64,000 nt of DNA. It comes from an uncultured Microthrixaceae bacterium (GTDB taxonomy: Bacteria > Actinomycetota > Acidimicrobiia > Acidimicrobiales > DATDAH01). Shown piece after piece: positions 20,405 to 32,668 of the stretch. The notes under the pieces are model-generated. The model worked only from the letters and a program-made list of their open reading frames with translations, did no database searches and was not told where the DNA came from. The stretch covers positions 485,739 through 549,738 of the forward strand of contig CAVZRY010000002.1 of the NCBI GenBank assembly GCA_963777805.1. The letters run 5' to 3'. Each line of letters opens with the position of its first letter. Position 1 is the first letter of the stretch. A program made the translations under genes and the position numbers.

Positions 20405-23400
20405 TCAGGGGGAGAGGCGGGCGGTGACGCCCTTCATGCCGAGCTCGTCGGCGAGGGCGAGGGCCTCGGTGCGGGCGTCGGCGTCGCCGGTCAGCACCGC
20501 CAGGTCGGCCAGGGCATCGGTGAGTCGGGCCCGGGTGCCGGCGCGGCGGTAGTCGGCGACGGCCGCGCGCAAGGTGCCGTCGCCGGCCTCGGTGTCGCCC
20601 AGGACGATCTCCAGCGCTCCGAGGCAGTGGTCCACGAGGCGGTCGGCGATCTCGGTGCTCCAGCTGGCCCACTGGCCCCGACGGGGACGGAGCTCCGTGG
20701 CCAGGTCGGCGGCGATCTCGGTCAGCCTGAGGTCGATGGCGATCTGCGTGGCCCATCGCGACGGCGTGCAGTCGGAAGGCGGCGGGGACGTGCTCGAAGA
20801 TGTCCCGGTGCCAGGCCACGAGGCCGGACGCGGCGGCGTCGCGGTCACCGTCCATCCAGGCGATCAGCGCCGGGATCGGCCAGGCGCCGAGGTTCGGGCC
20901 GTGGTCGGCGAACATCGTCCGGGCCACTTCGGCCGCGGCCTGCAGCTCACCCTGATCGAACAGCACCCGCATGCGGTGATTGCCCACGATGGTCGCACCG
21001 GTGAAGCCGATGGCGGCGGTCTCCTCTTCGGCCGGGGCCACCACGTCGTCCCAGCGACCGTCGAGCACCGCCAGGTTGGAGGCGGTGCACACCCGCCCCC
21101 ACCAGTGACCGAGGGGCAGCCGGCGACGGTCCATGGCCAGGAGCTCGATCGAGCAGCCGGCGAACGGCGTCGATGTCGTTGGCGAGGAACCGTGCCTGCA
21201 TCTCCCCGTAGCGGGCGATCGACAGGCAGCGCGGGTCGCCGGATCTCGTCGCCCAGCTGCCTCCATCCGGCGGGCCACCTCGAGGACGCCGTCGACGTCA
21301 CCGATCGGCGAGCGATGCCTGCCGGGCGACGTCGAGGGCCCGGTAGCGGGCGGTGACGTCGCCGCTCTGCTCGGCGAGGCGGAGGCCCTCCTGGGCCTCG
21401 GTGCAGGTGGATCGTCGGATCGGCGTCGAGGACGCGCCAGTTGCTGCTCTGGGTCAGGCAGCGGGCCCGCTCCCGACCTGATCCTCGGCCAGCGCATCGA
21501 GGGCCTCGTCGAGGAGGCTCGGACCGACCGTGTCGCCGAAGTCGAGCCAGACGGCGTTCTCGTAGCCGTACCCGTAGGCGGCCCGTGCCAGGAGGTCAGG
21601 CCGCGCCGCTCGCCGGGCGGCGTCGGCCGCCGCGACGAAGTCGGCTCGGCCGGTCGCGGGGTCGCCCGCGGCGTTGCGGGCGTCGCCGAGCGCCAGCAGC
21701 AGCTCGGCCCGACGGGTGGCGTTCGGCGGTTCGAGGAGCTCCTCGGTCTCCACCGCGAGGCGCCGGAAGGTGATGGCCTGCTCGAAGGCCAGCTGCTCGG
21801 CTGCCTCCACGGCCGCCTGCCTGGCGTAGGCGATGGCCTTCTCGCCGTCGGCCAGGGCGGCGGCTTCACCGAAGTGGTGGGCCAGGTCGGCTGCAGGCGC
21901 CTTCGGGCCTCGAGGGCCAGCGCCACACGGTGGTGCAGGCGCACCCGACGGCTGGTGCCGCAGCTCCTCCAGGAGGGTCTGGCGGACGAGGGCGTGGGCG
22001 AAGCGGAAGCGGTCGAGCACGTCGTCGTCCTCGACGACCAGGCGCCGGGCCCCGGCGTCGTCGAGCACCGTGACCACCTCGTCGACGTCCCGGTCGAGGG
22101 CGGCGGCCAGGACGGCGGCGTCGAAGGCGGGACCGATCACCGCGGCGGCCCGGAGCAGCTCGTTGGTGGCTTCGTCGAGACCGGCCAGGCGACGACCGAT
22201 GACCTCCCGGATCCCCTCGGGCAGGCCGATCTGCTCGATGAGGCCCCGGTCGCCCTCCCACCGGCCTTCCCGCTGGACCAGGGCGCCGGACTCGACGAGG
22301 TGGACGAGGACCTCGCCGATGAAGAACGGGTTGCCCTCGGTCTCGCTCGAGACCATCTCGGCCAGCTCGGTCACCCGGTCCGGGTCGACCTCGCCGCCCG
22401 CCGCCTTGGTCAGGAAGTCCGTCACCTCGTCATGGTCCAGCCCGACGAGGTCGACGCGCTCGACACCGGACTCGCGGCGCAGGTCGGCCAGCGCGGCGGC
22501 GAGGGGGTGGGTCCGGGTCAGGTCGGTGTCCCGGTACGTGCCGACCACGAGCACTCGGGCGTCATCCACGTTGCGGACCAGGTGGCGCAGGAGCAGGAGG
22601 CTGGACTCGTCGGCCCAGTGCAGGTCGTCGAGCACCACCAGGACCGGGGACTCCTCGCCCGCCCGGGTCAGGAGGTCGGTGACGGCGCCGAAGAGGCGGA
22701 GGCGCTCGGTGTCGGGGTCGGTCCGGGGCGGCTCGGGGGCCTCCAGCCCGGGGACGAGGCGGCCGAGGTCGCCGCCCCACTCGTCGAGGTGGGCGGTGAT
22801 CACCTCGTCGGGGTGTGTGGGCGACGAGGTGGTCGAGGGCTTCGGCCCAGGGCCGGAACGGGACATCCAGCTCCTCTTCGGAGCGCCCGTAGAGCACGGT
22901 GGCGCCGCCGTCGTGGGCGACGGTGGCCAGCTCGGCGACCAGGCGGGTCTTGCCGATGCCGGGCTCGCCGGACACGACGACCAGTCCGGGGGCGCCGGCG
23001 ACCGACCGCCTTCCAGCGCTCGAGCAGGGTGTCGCGCTCGGCCACCCGGCCCGCGAAGTCGTACCACTGGGCCACCCGGAGGGCGGAGGGCATCGGCGCC
23101 GCGTCCTGGGCCGCCCGACTCCAGCTCACCGTGGCCACGGGGACGGGTTCGGGGAGACCCTTCAGCGTCCGCTCGCCGGCGGGAACGAACTCGTGGTCGC
23201 CCCGGCCCCGGGCCAGGAGGCGGACGAGGTCGGCCACCAGGATCTCGTCGCCGCCGGCCTCGGCGCAGAGCCGGGAGGCCTCCACGACCGGGGTGCCGAA
23301 GCAGTCGTCGTCCTCCAGTGTCACGTCCCCGGCGCTGATCCCGATGCGGACCGACAACTGGTCATCGGGGTGGCGCTGGACGTGACCGCCTATGGCCTGC

Positions 23401-23628
23401 TGGATGGCGACGGCGGCCCCGACGGCCTCGGCGGCGCCCGAGAACAACGCCAGCACACCGTCGCCGAGGCCCTTGACGACCTCGCCGCCGTTGGCCGGTG
23501 ACGGCCTCGGTCAGCAGCCGGTCATGGGTCCGGCGCAGGGCCTCGGCCCGTTCCTCGCCCAGGGCGACGCGCAGCTCCGTGGACCCGACGAGGTCGGTCA
23601 CCAGGATCGTCGCCGTCTGCGAAGCCAC
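20405..23628 (-). CDS. Class III cyclase-like / P-loop NTPase / TPR-like large regulator, paralogue 2 (about 10 frame switches)
   Basis: MASQTATILVTDLVGSTELR, GLGDGVLALF, GTPVVEASRLC, SGEPGIGKTRL, VVLDDLHWADESSLLLL, ETEGNPFFIGEVLVHL. C-terminal helical repeats end ...ADELGMKGVTARLSP. Confidence 0.8.
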
Positions 23629-23696
23629 ACCGCCCCTTCCCGTGGACGGAGCCGACCCTAGTGGTCACCTCCGAGGTCGTCGCTCCGGTGGGGATG

Positions 23697-23969
23697 TCAG
23701 GTGAAGAGCGCCAGGAGGCCGGTGATCGCCGCGAGCCCGAGTCCGGCGATGGTCAGCATCCGTGCGGTCAACTTGTCACCCAGCTGGGCCATCTCGACCC
23801 GGAGATCGCCGCGCAGCTCGGCGAGGCCGAGATCCAGATCGGCCTTGGTGATCGCCTCGTCGACGTCACGGGCAGGGAACTGGGACAACAAGGCCTGCGT
23901 CGCCTCCTCGCCGAGCGTCTTGCGGAACTCGGTGTAGATCGTGTTGCGGTGCTTCTCCTGCAGGGCCAT
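23697..23969 (-). CDS. Small tail-anchored coiled-coil protein (DUF1640-like), copy 1
   Basis: 90 aa: MALQEKHRNTIYTEFRKTLGEEATQALLSQFPARDVDEAITKADLDLGLAELRGDLRVEMAQLGDKLTARMLTIAGLGLAAITGLLALFT. Single C-terminal TM. GGAG lies 8 nt upstream. Same strand as, and 68 nt upstream of, paralogue 2. Confidence 0.7.
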   Translation of the reverse strand: MALQEKHRNTIYTEFRKTLGEEATQALLSQFPARDVDEAITKADLDLGLAELRGDLRVEMAQLGDKLTARMLTIAGLGLAAITGLLALFT

Positions 23970-24094
23970 CGACGGACTCCAGGATCGAGACGGACGGTGC
24001 TGGGGAAGCGAATCCAGCGTAACCCCTACCCGGTGACACCGTCCGCGGCCCGCAGGGCGACGCGTAGTGTGCGGGGTGGAGGGGAAGGGGAGCC

Positions 24095-27000
24095 ATGGCG
24101 GAGTCCGGGCTGGTCACGGTGCTGTTCACCGATCTCGTGGGCTCGACCGAGCTGTCCGAGCGGATCGGGGACGGGGCGGCTGACGACCTGCGCCGTCGCC
24201 ACTTCGAGTCGCTGCGCTCGGTCATCGCCACGACCGGTGGCGACGAGGTCAAGACCATCGGCGACGCGGTGATGGTCACCTACCGGGGCGCGGCCGACGC
24301 CATCGCCGGCGCCGTCGGCATGCAGCAGGCCGTCGACCGGGACAACCGGGCCGGCGGCGAGCCCCTGGCCATGCGGGTCGGCATCAGCGCCGGCGACGCC
24401 ACCTACGAGGACGGGGACTGGTTCGGTCGCCCCGTCATCGAGGCCTCCCGGCTGTGCGCCGAGGCCGACGGCGGCCAGATCCTGGTCGCCGGCATCGTGA
24501 AGGTCCTGGCCGGGTCCCGGGCCGGTCACGAGCTGGTGTCGGTGGGGGAGCTGGAGCTGAAGGGGCTGCCGGAGCCGGTCGACGCCGCCGAGGTCCGCTG
24601 GGAGCCCGAGTCCGGCTCCGCCGACAGCTCGAGCGAGCTGACCGTGGCGCTGCCCGTGCAGCTGGAACGGGTCGACGCCTTCTCCTTCGTCGGCCGCGAA
24701 GGCGAAGCCGAGGCGGTGACGACGGCGTGGAAGGAGGTGGCCGCCGGTGGACGGCGGACCGTCCTGATCACCGGCGAACCGGGCATCGGCAAGACCCGGC
24801 TGACCTCCGAGGTGGCCCGCACGGCCCACGACCAGGGCGCCATCGTCCTCTGGGGCGGGTGTGAGGAGGAGCTGGGCGTCCCGTACCAGCCGGTGGCCGA
24901 GGCCCTGGCCCACCTGGTCCGCTCGGTGCCCGCCGAGCAGCTGGCCCCGCTGCTCGGACCGCTCGGCGGCGAGCTCGACCCGCCTGGTCCCCGACCTGCC
25001 CCGCCTCGTCCCCGGCCTCGACGAGCCGGTGGCGGGCGAGGCCGACACCGAGCGCTACCGCATGTTCGAGGCGGTGGTCGACGTCCTCGCCAACCTCTCC
25101 GCCGAGCAACCGGTCGTCCTCGTGCTGGACGACCTCCACTGGGCGGGCAAGCCGACCCTGCTGCTCCTGCTCCACGTGCTGCGGGCCACCGCGCCGATGC
25201 GCCTGCTGGTGGTCGTCACCTACCGGGACACCGATCTCGACCGCCGCCACCCGCTGTCCGAGGCACTGGCCGACCTGCGGCGGATGCCCGACGTCGAGCG
25301 GGTGGCCCTGACCGGCCTCGACGCCACTGGGGTGACGGCGTTCATGGAGGCCGCCGCCGGCCACGCGCTCGAACAGGACGGGGTCGCCCTGGCCGAAGCC
25401 CTCCAGCAGGAGACCGAGGGCAACCCGTTCTTCGTCGGCGAGGTGCTGCTCCACCTCGTCGAGTCCGGCGCGCTGGTCCAGCGCGACGGGCGCTGGGCCA
25501 GCGACTTCCAGCTCGGCGACGTCGGCCTGCCCGAAGGGGTGAAGGAGGTCATCGGCCGTCGCCTCTCCCGTCTCCCCGAGTCGGCCAACGAGGTCCTGAC
25601 GGTGGCGGCCGTCATCGGCCGGGACTTCGACCTGTCGCTGCTCGGCGCGGTCCACGAGGGCGGCCAGGAGGCCGTGCTCGAGGCCCTGGAGCCGGCCGAG
25701 ACGGCGGGCCTGGTCCGGCCCACTGGCGACCGGGTCGGCCGGTACACCTTCGACCACGCCCTGCTGCGCAGCACGCTCTACGACGAGCTGTCCACCAGCC
25801 GCCGCCTCCGCCTGCACCGGGACGTGGGGCGGGCGCTCGAGGCGCGGGGTGACCCGGACCAGCACCTGACCGAGCTGGCCCGCCACTTCGCCGAGTGCGC
25901 CGCCCTGGGTGAGGTCGACCGGGCCGTCGACTACGGCCGCCGGGCTGCGGCGCGGGCCACCGCCGACCTCGCCTACGAGGAGGCCGCGGCCGCATCTGGA
26001 CCGGGCCCTCGGGCGCCCTGGACCTGGCCGAACAGCCCGATGCCAGCCTCCGCTGTGACCTCCTGCTGGCCCAGGGCGAGGCCTGGTTCTACGCCAACGA
26101 CCCGCGTCATCGGTCCACGCTCTTCGCCGCGGCCGACGCTGCGAGGTCCCTCGGGGATGTCGATCGACTCGCCTCCGCGGCCATCCGGCTCAGCTTCCGG
26201 GTGATCGGTCGACGGGGGATGGAGATCGACATCACCCCCGAGATCGCGCTGCTCGACGAGGTCCTCGAGCGGCTCCCGCCCGAGGACTCGGGCATTCGAG
26301 CGCGGGCGCTCATCGCACAGGCCGTCAACGAGGCGCGGCCCGGGGCCGATCAGGAGCGCCGGCACGTCTTGGCCGACGAAGCCCTGGCGATGGCCCGGCG
26401 GGTGGGGGACCCGGACGTGTTGCGGGACGTGTTGGCCGAGCACTGGGTCAACTGGTTCGACACCTCACGGCTCGGGTGGCTCGACGAGTCGCTGGCCGAG
26501 CAGGACGAGCTCATCGACCTGGCCACCGGTCACGACGACTCGCTCCTGTGCCATGGCCTGCTGATCCGGTCCGTCGCCCACCTCACCCGGGGTGACCGCG
26601 TCGAGGCCGACGCCGACCTGGCGGCGGCCCAGGTCCTGGTCGAGCGGCTGCGCGAGCCGGCGATGACCTGGTGGTCGATGTACGAGCACGCGGCCGTCGA
26701 CCTGCTCCGCGGCCGCTTCGCCGAGGCGGAACCCGCCATCGCGGCAACGGCGGCCTACGGCCAGGAGCATGGCCTGGAGGGCATCGTCACGATGGCGGCG
26801 CAGTACTACCGCCTGCGCTTCGACCAGGGCCGGCTGCCGGAGTTCGAGGACGCCATCGTCGGCCTGGTCGCCGATCAGCCGGAGGTGATCGTCTGGCGCA
26901 CCGCGCTGGCAGCCATCTACACCGAGACCGACCGTCCCGAGCTGGCCCGGCCCCACGTCGAGTTCGTCGGCGGCGACGATTTCGCCCGGGTGGCCACCGG

Positions 27001-27415
27001 CCAGAACTGGCTCCTCACCCTGGCCGCGACCGGCGCCGTCGCCGCCCAGACGGGGCAGCTCGACATCGCCGAGCGGGGCTACGAGCGGTCCCTGCCGTTC
27101 GCCGGCCAACTGTGCTGGACGGGCCAGACCTACGAGCGTCCCGTCGACCTCCATCTGGCCCGCATGGCCTGGGCCCTCGGCCGCTTCGACGAGGCGGAGG
27201 CCCACTGTGCCGCGTGCATCGACCTCTGCGAGCGGGCCGACGCCCCACCTTTCGTGGCCCACACCAAGGACACGTGGGCCGGGATCCTCATCGCCCGGGG
27301 CGGCGACGCCGACCGGGCGAGGCAGCTGGCGTCCGAAGCCCTGGCCACCGCCCAGGAGCTCGGCATGGCCCGCCTCGCCGAGACCGCCACCCGCCACCTC
27401 GCCGCCCTCGCCTGA
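24095..27415 (+). CDS. Class III cyclase-like / P-loop NTPase / TPR-like large regulator, paralogue 3 (about 3 frame switches)
   Basis: VTVLFTDLVGSTELS, KTIGDAVMVTY, GRPVIEASRLC, TGEPGIGKTRL, LVLDDLHWAGKPTLLLL, ETEGNPFFVGEVLLHL. TPR-like C-terminus ends ...ETATRHLAALA. Confidence 0.85.
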
Positions 27416-27421
27416 GACGCC

Positions 27422-27471
27422 GTACTGGCGCCCGATTTCGGGGTCAGGGCCGGGAAATCGGGCGCCAGAAC
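27422..27471. repeat. 50-nt clamp hairpin element #3
   Basis: GTACTGG-cgcccgatttc-ggggtcagggccgg-gaaatcgggcg-CCAGAAC; near-perfect stem of about 18 bp (one mismatch in the clamp), between convergent paralogue 3 and the DinB-like gene. Confidence 0.85.
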
Positions 27472-27477
27472 GATCGG

Positions 27478-28124
27478 TCAGCGAGGGTTGCGGCCGTTCC
27501 AGGCGACGAGGCGGTCGATGAGGGGGGCGTCGTCGGGGACCTCGACGGCGGCGGCGAAGGGCGGGGTGAAGTCCTCCGTGCCCTCGGGCATGTGCTGGCG
27601 GGCCTCCTCGAAGGCCTCCATCCGGCCCTCGGCGGGCAGGCCGACCTGCATGGCCGCCAGCGACAGCTCGAGCACCGTCGGGTCCCAGTCGGGGGACTGG
27701 CCGGTCGCGGTGGCCAGGTCCCAGGTGTGGACGCTGAGCTCGTTGCTCCACATGATCAGGGTCGCCGAGCCGGGCAGCGTGGCCCAGGGCAGCTCGACCA
27801 TTCGTTCCAGGGTGGCGTCGTCGGCCCAGGCCTCGGCTGACCTCTGCGCCGACCTGCGTCCCAGGCCGCGACCCAGCCGTCGTCGGCCACGCCCTCGACG
27901 ACCTCGGGGACCGAGAAGGGGCTCTCGCCCCGGCCCACGTTGCGCACCCGCTGGGCCACGGCGAGGAGATGGCCGGCCAGGGCCCGGACGTCGAACTCGG
28001 GGCACGGCGTCGGCGCCTCGAACTGGTCGGCGCCGACGCCGTCGAGCACGGTCCGGGCGGTGGCGTGGGCCCGCCCGAAGACGGTGCGGGGGTCGAGTTC
28101 GGTCGAGGTCTCGGTGCTGGTCAT
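27478..28124 (-). CDS. DinB-like / TIGR03086-type (mycothiol maleylpyruvate isomerase N-terminal domain) protein, 1 frameshift
   Basis: N-terminus FGRAHATARTVLDGVGADQFEAPTPCPEFDVRALAGHLL. C-terminus LSVHTWDLATATGQSPDWDP...DDAPLIDRLVAWNGRNPR is in another frame. Confidence 0.7.
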
Positions 28125-28175
28125 GGAGTGACCCTCGCACCCCCTCCGGCCAGATCCTGACCGGAAGTCGGATGG

Positions 28176-28416
28176 CTAGGTGAAGAGCGCCAACAGGCCC
28201 GTCATGGCGGCCAGGCCGAGGCCGCCGATCGTCAGCATCCGGTTGGTGATCTTGTCGACGATCTCGAGCCGGAGCTGGGCGCCGAGGAGGTCGAGGTCGG
28301 CCTTCGTCGCCGGCTCATCGACGTCGGGCGGGGAACTGGGACAACAAGGCCTGCGTCGCCGAGGTCTTGGCGAACTCGGTGTAGATCGTGTTGCGGTGCT
28401 TCTCCTGCAGGGCCAT
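28176..28416 (-). pseudogene. Small tail-anchored coiled-coil protein, copy 2 (1-nt frameshift and 9-nt in-frame deletion relative to copy 1)
   Basis: The first ~90 nt and the upstream region are nearly identical in DNA to copy 1 (MALQEKHRNTIYTEF...). Frame breaks at ...QFPAR|DVDE. With correction it ends ...RMLTIGGLGLAAMTGLLALFT. Confidence 0.65.
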
Positions 28417-28529
28417 CGGCCGCACTCCTGTCGATCGTCTGACGGTGCAGGGAAGCACGCTCAGCGTAGCTCCGGGCAGTGACACGATGCCGTGGCCCGT
28501 GGGTCGACGGCCCGTAGGATCGGCGGCTC

Positions 28530-29920
<1,391 letters not shown>

Positions 29921-29976
29921 CCCCGGGTACCCTTGCCCGTCGCTCGTAGAAGACCAGTTACCGAGGAACCAGCACA

Positions 29977-30321
29977 GTGGCCGTGAAGCTCCGCCTGATG
30001 CGGATGGGCAAGAAGAAGCAGCCGACCTACCGGATCGTGGCGGCCGACAGCCGTTCACCCCGTGACGGTCGATTCATCGAGGTCGTGGGCATCTATGACC
30101 CCCGGGCCGAGCCGTCGGTGATCAAGGTCGACAACGAGCGGGCCGTGCACTGGCTCCGCCACGGCGCCCAGCCCACCGAGCGGGTGCAGAAGCTCCTGCA
30201 GATCGTCGGGGCCTGGGACGAGTTCAAGGGCAACGCCCCCGCGACGCCCGCCCCCGCCGCCGAGGCGCCGGCCGAGGCCGACGCCGAGGCCGTGCCCGAG
30301 ACGGCGGAGGCCGCATCATGA
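29977..30321 (+). CDS. rpsP: 30S ribosomal protein S16
   Basis: [35 protein letters not shown]..., with an Ala/Pro/Glu-rich tail. Confidence 0.93.
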   Translation: MAVKLRLMRMGKKKQPTYRIVAADSRSPRDGRFIEVVGIYDPRAEPSVIKVDNERAVHWLRHGAQPTERVQKLLQIVGAWDEFKGNAPATPAPAAEAPAEADAEAVPETAEAAS

Positions 30322-30668
30322 GCGACTACGACGACGACACCTACGACGATGACGACGCCAACACCAGCGACGACACCGACGACGGCGGCGACGACTACAA
30401 CCGCAAGGACCCCAACCTGATCGAGGGGGCGACCGCGGCAGCCGTGCTGGAGTACATCACCAAGTCCGTCGTGGACGAGCCCGACGCTGTCGAGGTGGAC
30501 AGCGCCGAGACCCGCCGGGGCACCCTGAGCCTCGAGGTCCAGGTGGGCGACGACGACATGGGTCGGGTCATCGGCAAGCGGGGCCGGGTGGCCAACTCCA
30601 TCCGCACCGTGGTCCGGGCCGCGGCGGCCCGCGACGGCGTCGAGGTCGACGTCGAGTTCGTCGACTAG
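30318..30668 (+). CDS. KH-domain RNA-binding protein (UPF0109/YlqC-like)
   Basis: Acidic N-terminus, then [15 protein letters not shown]...[18 protein letters not shown] (GxxG KH motif). ATGA overlap with the rpsP stop. Confidence 0.8.
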   Translation: MSDYDDDTYDDDDANTSDDTDDGGDDYNRKDPNLIEGATAAAVLEYITKSVVDEPDAVEVDSAETRRGTLSLEVQVGDDDMGRVIGKRGRVANSIRTVVRAAAARDGVEVDVEFVD

Positions 30669-30702
30669 CTCCGGGCCGGACCACCTGCTCGAGGTCGGGC
30701 GG

Positions 30703-31136
30703 GTGGCCAAGCCCCACGGCCTCCGCGGCGAGGTCGTGGTCACGCTGACCACGAACCGTCCCGAACGGGTGGCCAAGGGCACCGTCCTGCACACCGACAA
30801 GGGCCCGCTGACCATCACGGCGTCGCGGCCCCACCAGCACCGCTACATCGTGCGGTTCGCCGGGGTGGACACCGCGAGGCCGCCGACGCCCTCCACGGCC
30901 TGGTGCTCTCCGCCGAGCCCCTCGAGGACCCCGACGCCCTCTGGGTCCACGAGCTCATCGGCTCCGTCGTCGTCGACCAGCACGGCACCGAGCACGGCAC
31001 GGTCACCAGTGTCGAGGTCAACCCGGCCAGCGACCTCCTCGTCCTCGACGGTGGGGGCCTGGTCCCGCTGACCTTCGTGGTCGACCAGGGCGACGGCCGC
31101 ATCACCGTCGACGTGCCCGACGGCCTCCTGGACTGA
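30703..31136 (+). CDS. rimM: Ribosome maturation factor RimM (1 apparent frameshift near 30875; true start probably a few codons upstream of 30703)
   Basis: LLEVGRVAKPHGLRGEVVV...IVRFAGVDT|...AEPLEDPDALWVHELIGSVVVDQHG...LVPLTFVVDQ. Confidence 0.85.
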
Positions 31137-31143
31137 GGCGCGG

Positions 31144-31870
31144 GTGCGCATCGACGTCTTCTCCATCTTCCCGGGGATGGTCACGGCCTTCGCCGGCGAG
31201 AGCCTGGTGGGCAAGGCCGCCGCCGACGGGAGCGCTCGACCTCCGGGTCCACGACCTGCGCGACGCCACCACCGACGTCCACCGCTCCGTGGACGACAGC
31301 CCCTTCGGCGGCGGCGCGGGGATGGTGTTCACGCCCGGCCCGGTTTTCGCCTCGGTCGAAGCCGCCGACCCGCCGCGACCACTGCTCCTGCTGGGCCCGG
31401 GTGGCCGCCGTCTCGACCAGGCCTACGCCACGGAGCTGGCGGCCCTGGACGGCTTCTCCCTGCTCTGCGGGCGCTACGAGGGCGTCGACGAGCGGGTCCA
31501 CACCCACCTGGTCGACGGCGAGCTGTCCATCGGCGACTACGTCCTGGCGGGCGGCGAGGTGGCGGCGATGGTCGTCATCGAGGCGGTCGGTCGCCTGGTC
31601 CCCGGGGTGCTCGGCAACGAGGTGTCGGTGCAGGACGAGTCCTTCTCGACCGGCCTGCTGGAGTACCCGCAGTACACCCGACCCGCCGACTTCCGGGGCT
31701 GGGAGGTGCCCGAGGTCCTGCGTTCGGGGGACCACGCCCGCATCACCCGCTGGCGGCGGGCGCAGGCCCTGGCCCGCACCGCGGCCCGCCGTCCCGACCT
31801 GATCGAGGCCCGGGGCGGGATCACCGACGACGAACGAGCTCTGCTCGAGGAGTTCGGCCTCGGGGGTTGA
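31144..31870 (+). CDS. trmD: tRNA (guanine37-N1)-methyltransferase TrmD (1 apparent frameshift near 31235)
   Basis: MRIDVFSIFPGMV...|...VDDSPFGGGAGMVF, LLCGRYEGVDERV, SIGDYVLAGGEVAAMVVIEAV. Confidence 0.9.
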
Positions 31871-31960
31871 GTCGATACGCTCTCCTGACCGTTCGACCAC
31901 TTCCCCCGGGACCCCGAACGCCTCCCTGACGATTCCCGGGCGCACAGGAGCACGTGCACG

Positions 31961-32317
31961 ATGCAGCCAACCGATCTCATCGACCAGGCCAACCTGCGGG
32001 ACGACGTCCCCGACTTCGCCCCTGGTGACACCCTGAAGGTCCACGTCCGCGTGGTCGAGGGCAACCGCGAGCGGGTCCAGGTCTTCGAGGGCGCGGTCAT
32101 CGGCCGCCAGGGCAGTGGCGTGCGCGAGACCTTCAAGGTCCGCAAGCTCTCCTTCGGTGTCGGCGTCGAGCGGACCTTCCCGGTCCACTCCCCGATCATC
32201 CAGAAGATCGAGGTCGTCCGGAAGGGCGACGTCCGTCGGGCCAAGCTCTACTACCTCCGGGACCGGGTCGGTAAGCGGGCCCGCATCAAGGAGAAGCGCG
32301 ACAACTCGTCGACCTGA
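31961..32317 (+). CDS. rplS: 50S ribosomal protein L19
   Basis: [44 protein letters not shown]... Confidence 0.93.
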   Translation: MQPTDLIDQANLRDDVPDFAPGDTLKVHVRVVEGNRERVQVFEGAVIGRQGSGVRETFKVRKLSFGVGVERTFPVHSPIIQKIEVVRKGDVRRAKLYYLRDRVGKRARIKEKRDNSST

Positions 32318-32319
32318 CC

Positions 32320-32664
32320 GTGGTCTCCCGGCGACAGCAGCTGGGGGCCGAGGGCGAGGCGCGGGTCGCTGCCCACTACGAGGCACGGGGCTACGCCGTC
32401 CTCGACCGCAACTGGCGCTGCCGCGACGGTGAGCTCGACCTGCTCCTGCGCACGGGGCGCACGTTGGTCGTCTGTGAGGTGAAGACCCGCTCGTCGGCCG
32501 CGTTCGGCATCCCGGCGGAGGCCGTCACCGCCAAGAAGCAGGCCAAGCTCCGGCTGCTGGCCCGCCGCTACCTGGAGACGGCGCCCTTCCGGCCCTCGAC
32601 GATCCGCTTCGACGTGGCCGGCGTCCTGGCCGGCGAGATCGAGATCATCGAGAACGCGTTCTGA
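32320..32664 (+). CDS. yraN: YraN-family (UPF0102) endonuclease-like protein
   Basis: GAEGEARVAAHYEARGYAVLDRNWRCRDGELDLLL...VCEVKTR. Confidence 0.85.
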   Translation: MVSRRQQLGAEGEARVAAHYEARGYAVLDRNWRCRDGELDLLLRTGRTLVVCEVKTRSSAAFGIPAEAVTAKKQAKLRLLARRYLETAPFRPSTIRFDVAGVLAGEIEIIENAF

Positions 32665-32668
32665 TCGA

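Noticed and set aside
15381-28416. Island as a Pycsar/CBASS-type cyclic-nucleotide defence system.
   Set aside because: No effector with a recognisable cyclic-nucleotide-binding, TIR, patatin, endonuclease or multi-TM pore domain is present. The cyclase-like domains are fused to large NTPase-TPR regulators, an architecture known from housekeeping signalling proteins of actinobacteria. I keep it only as a speculative module.
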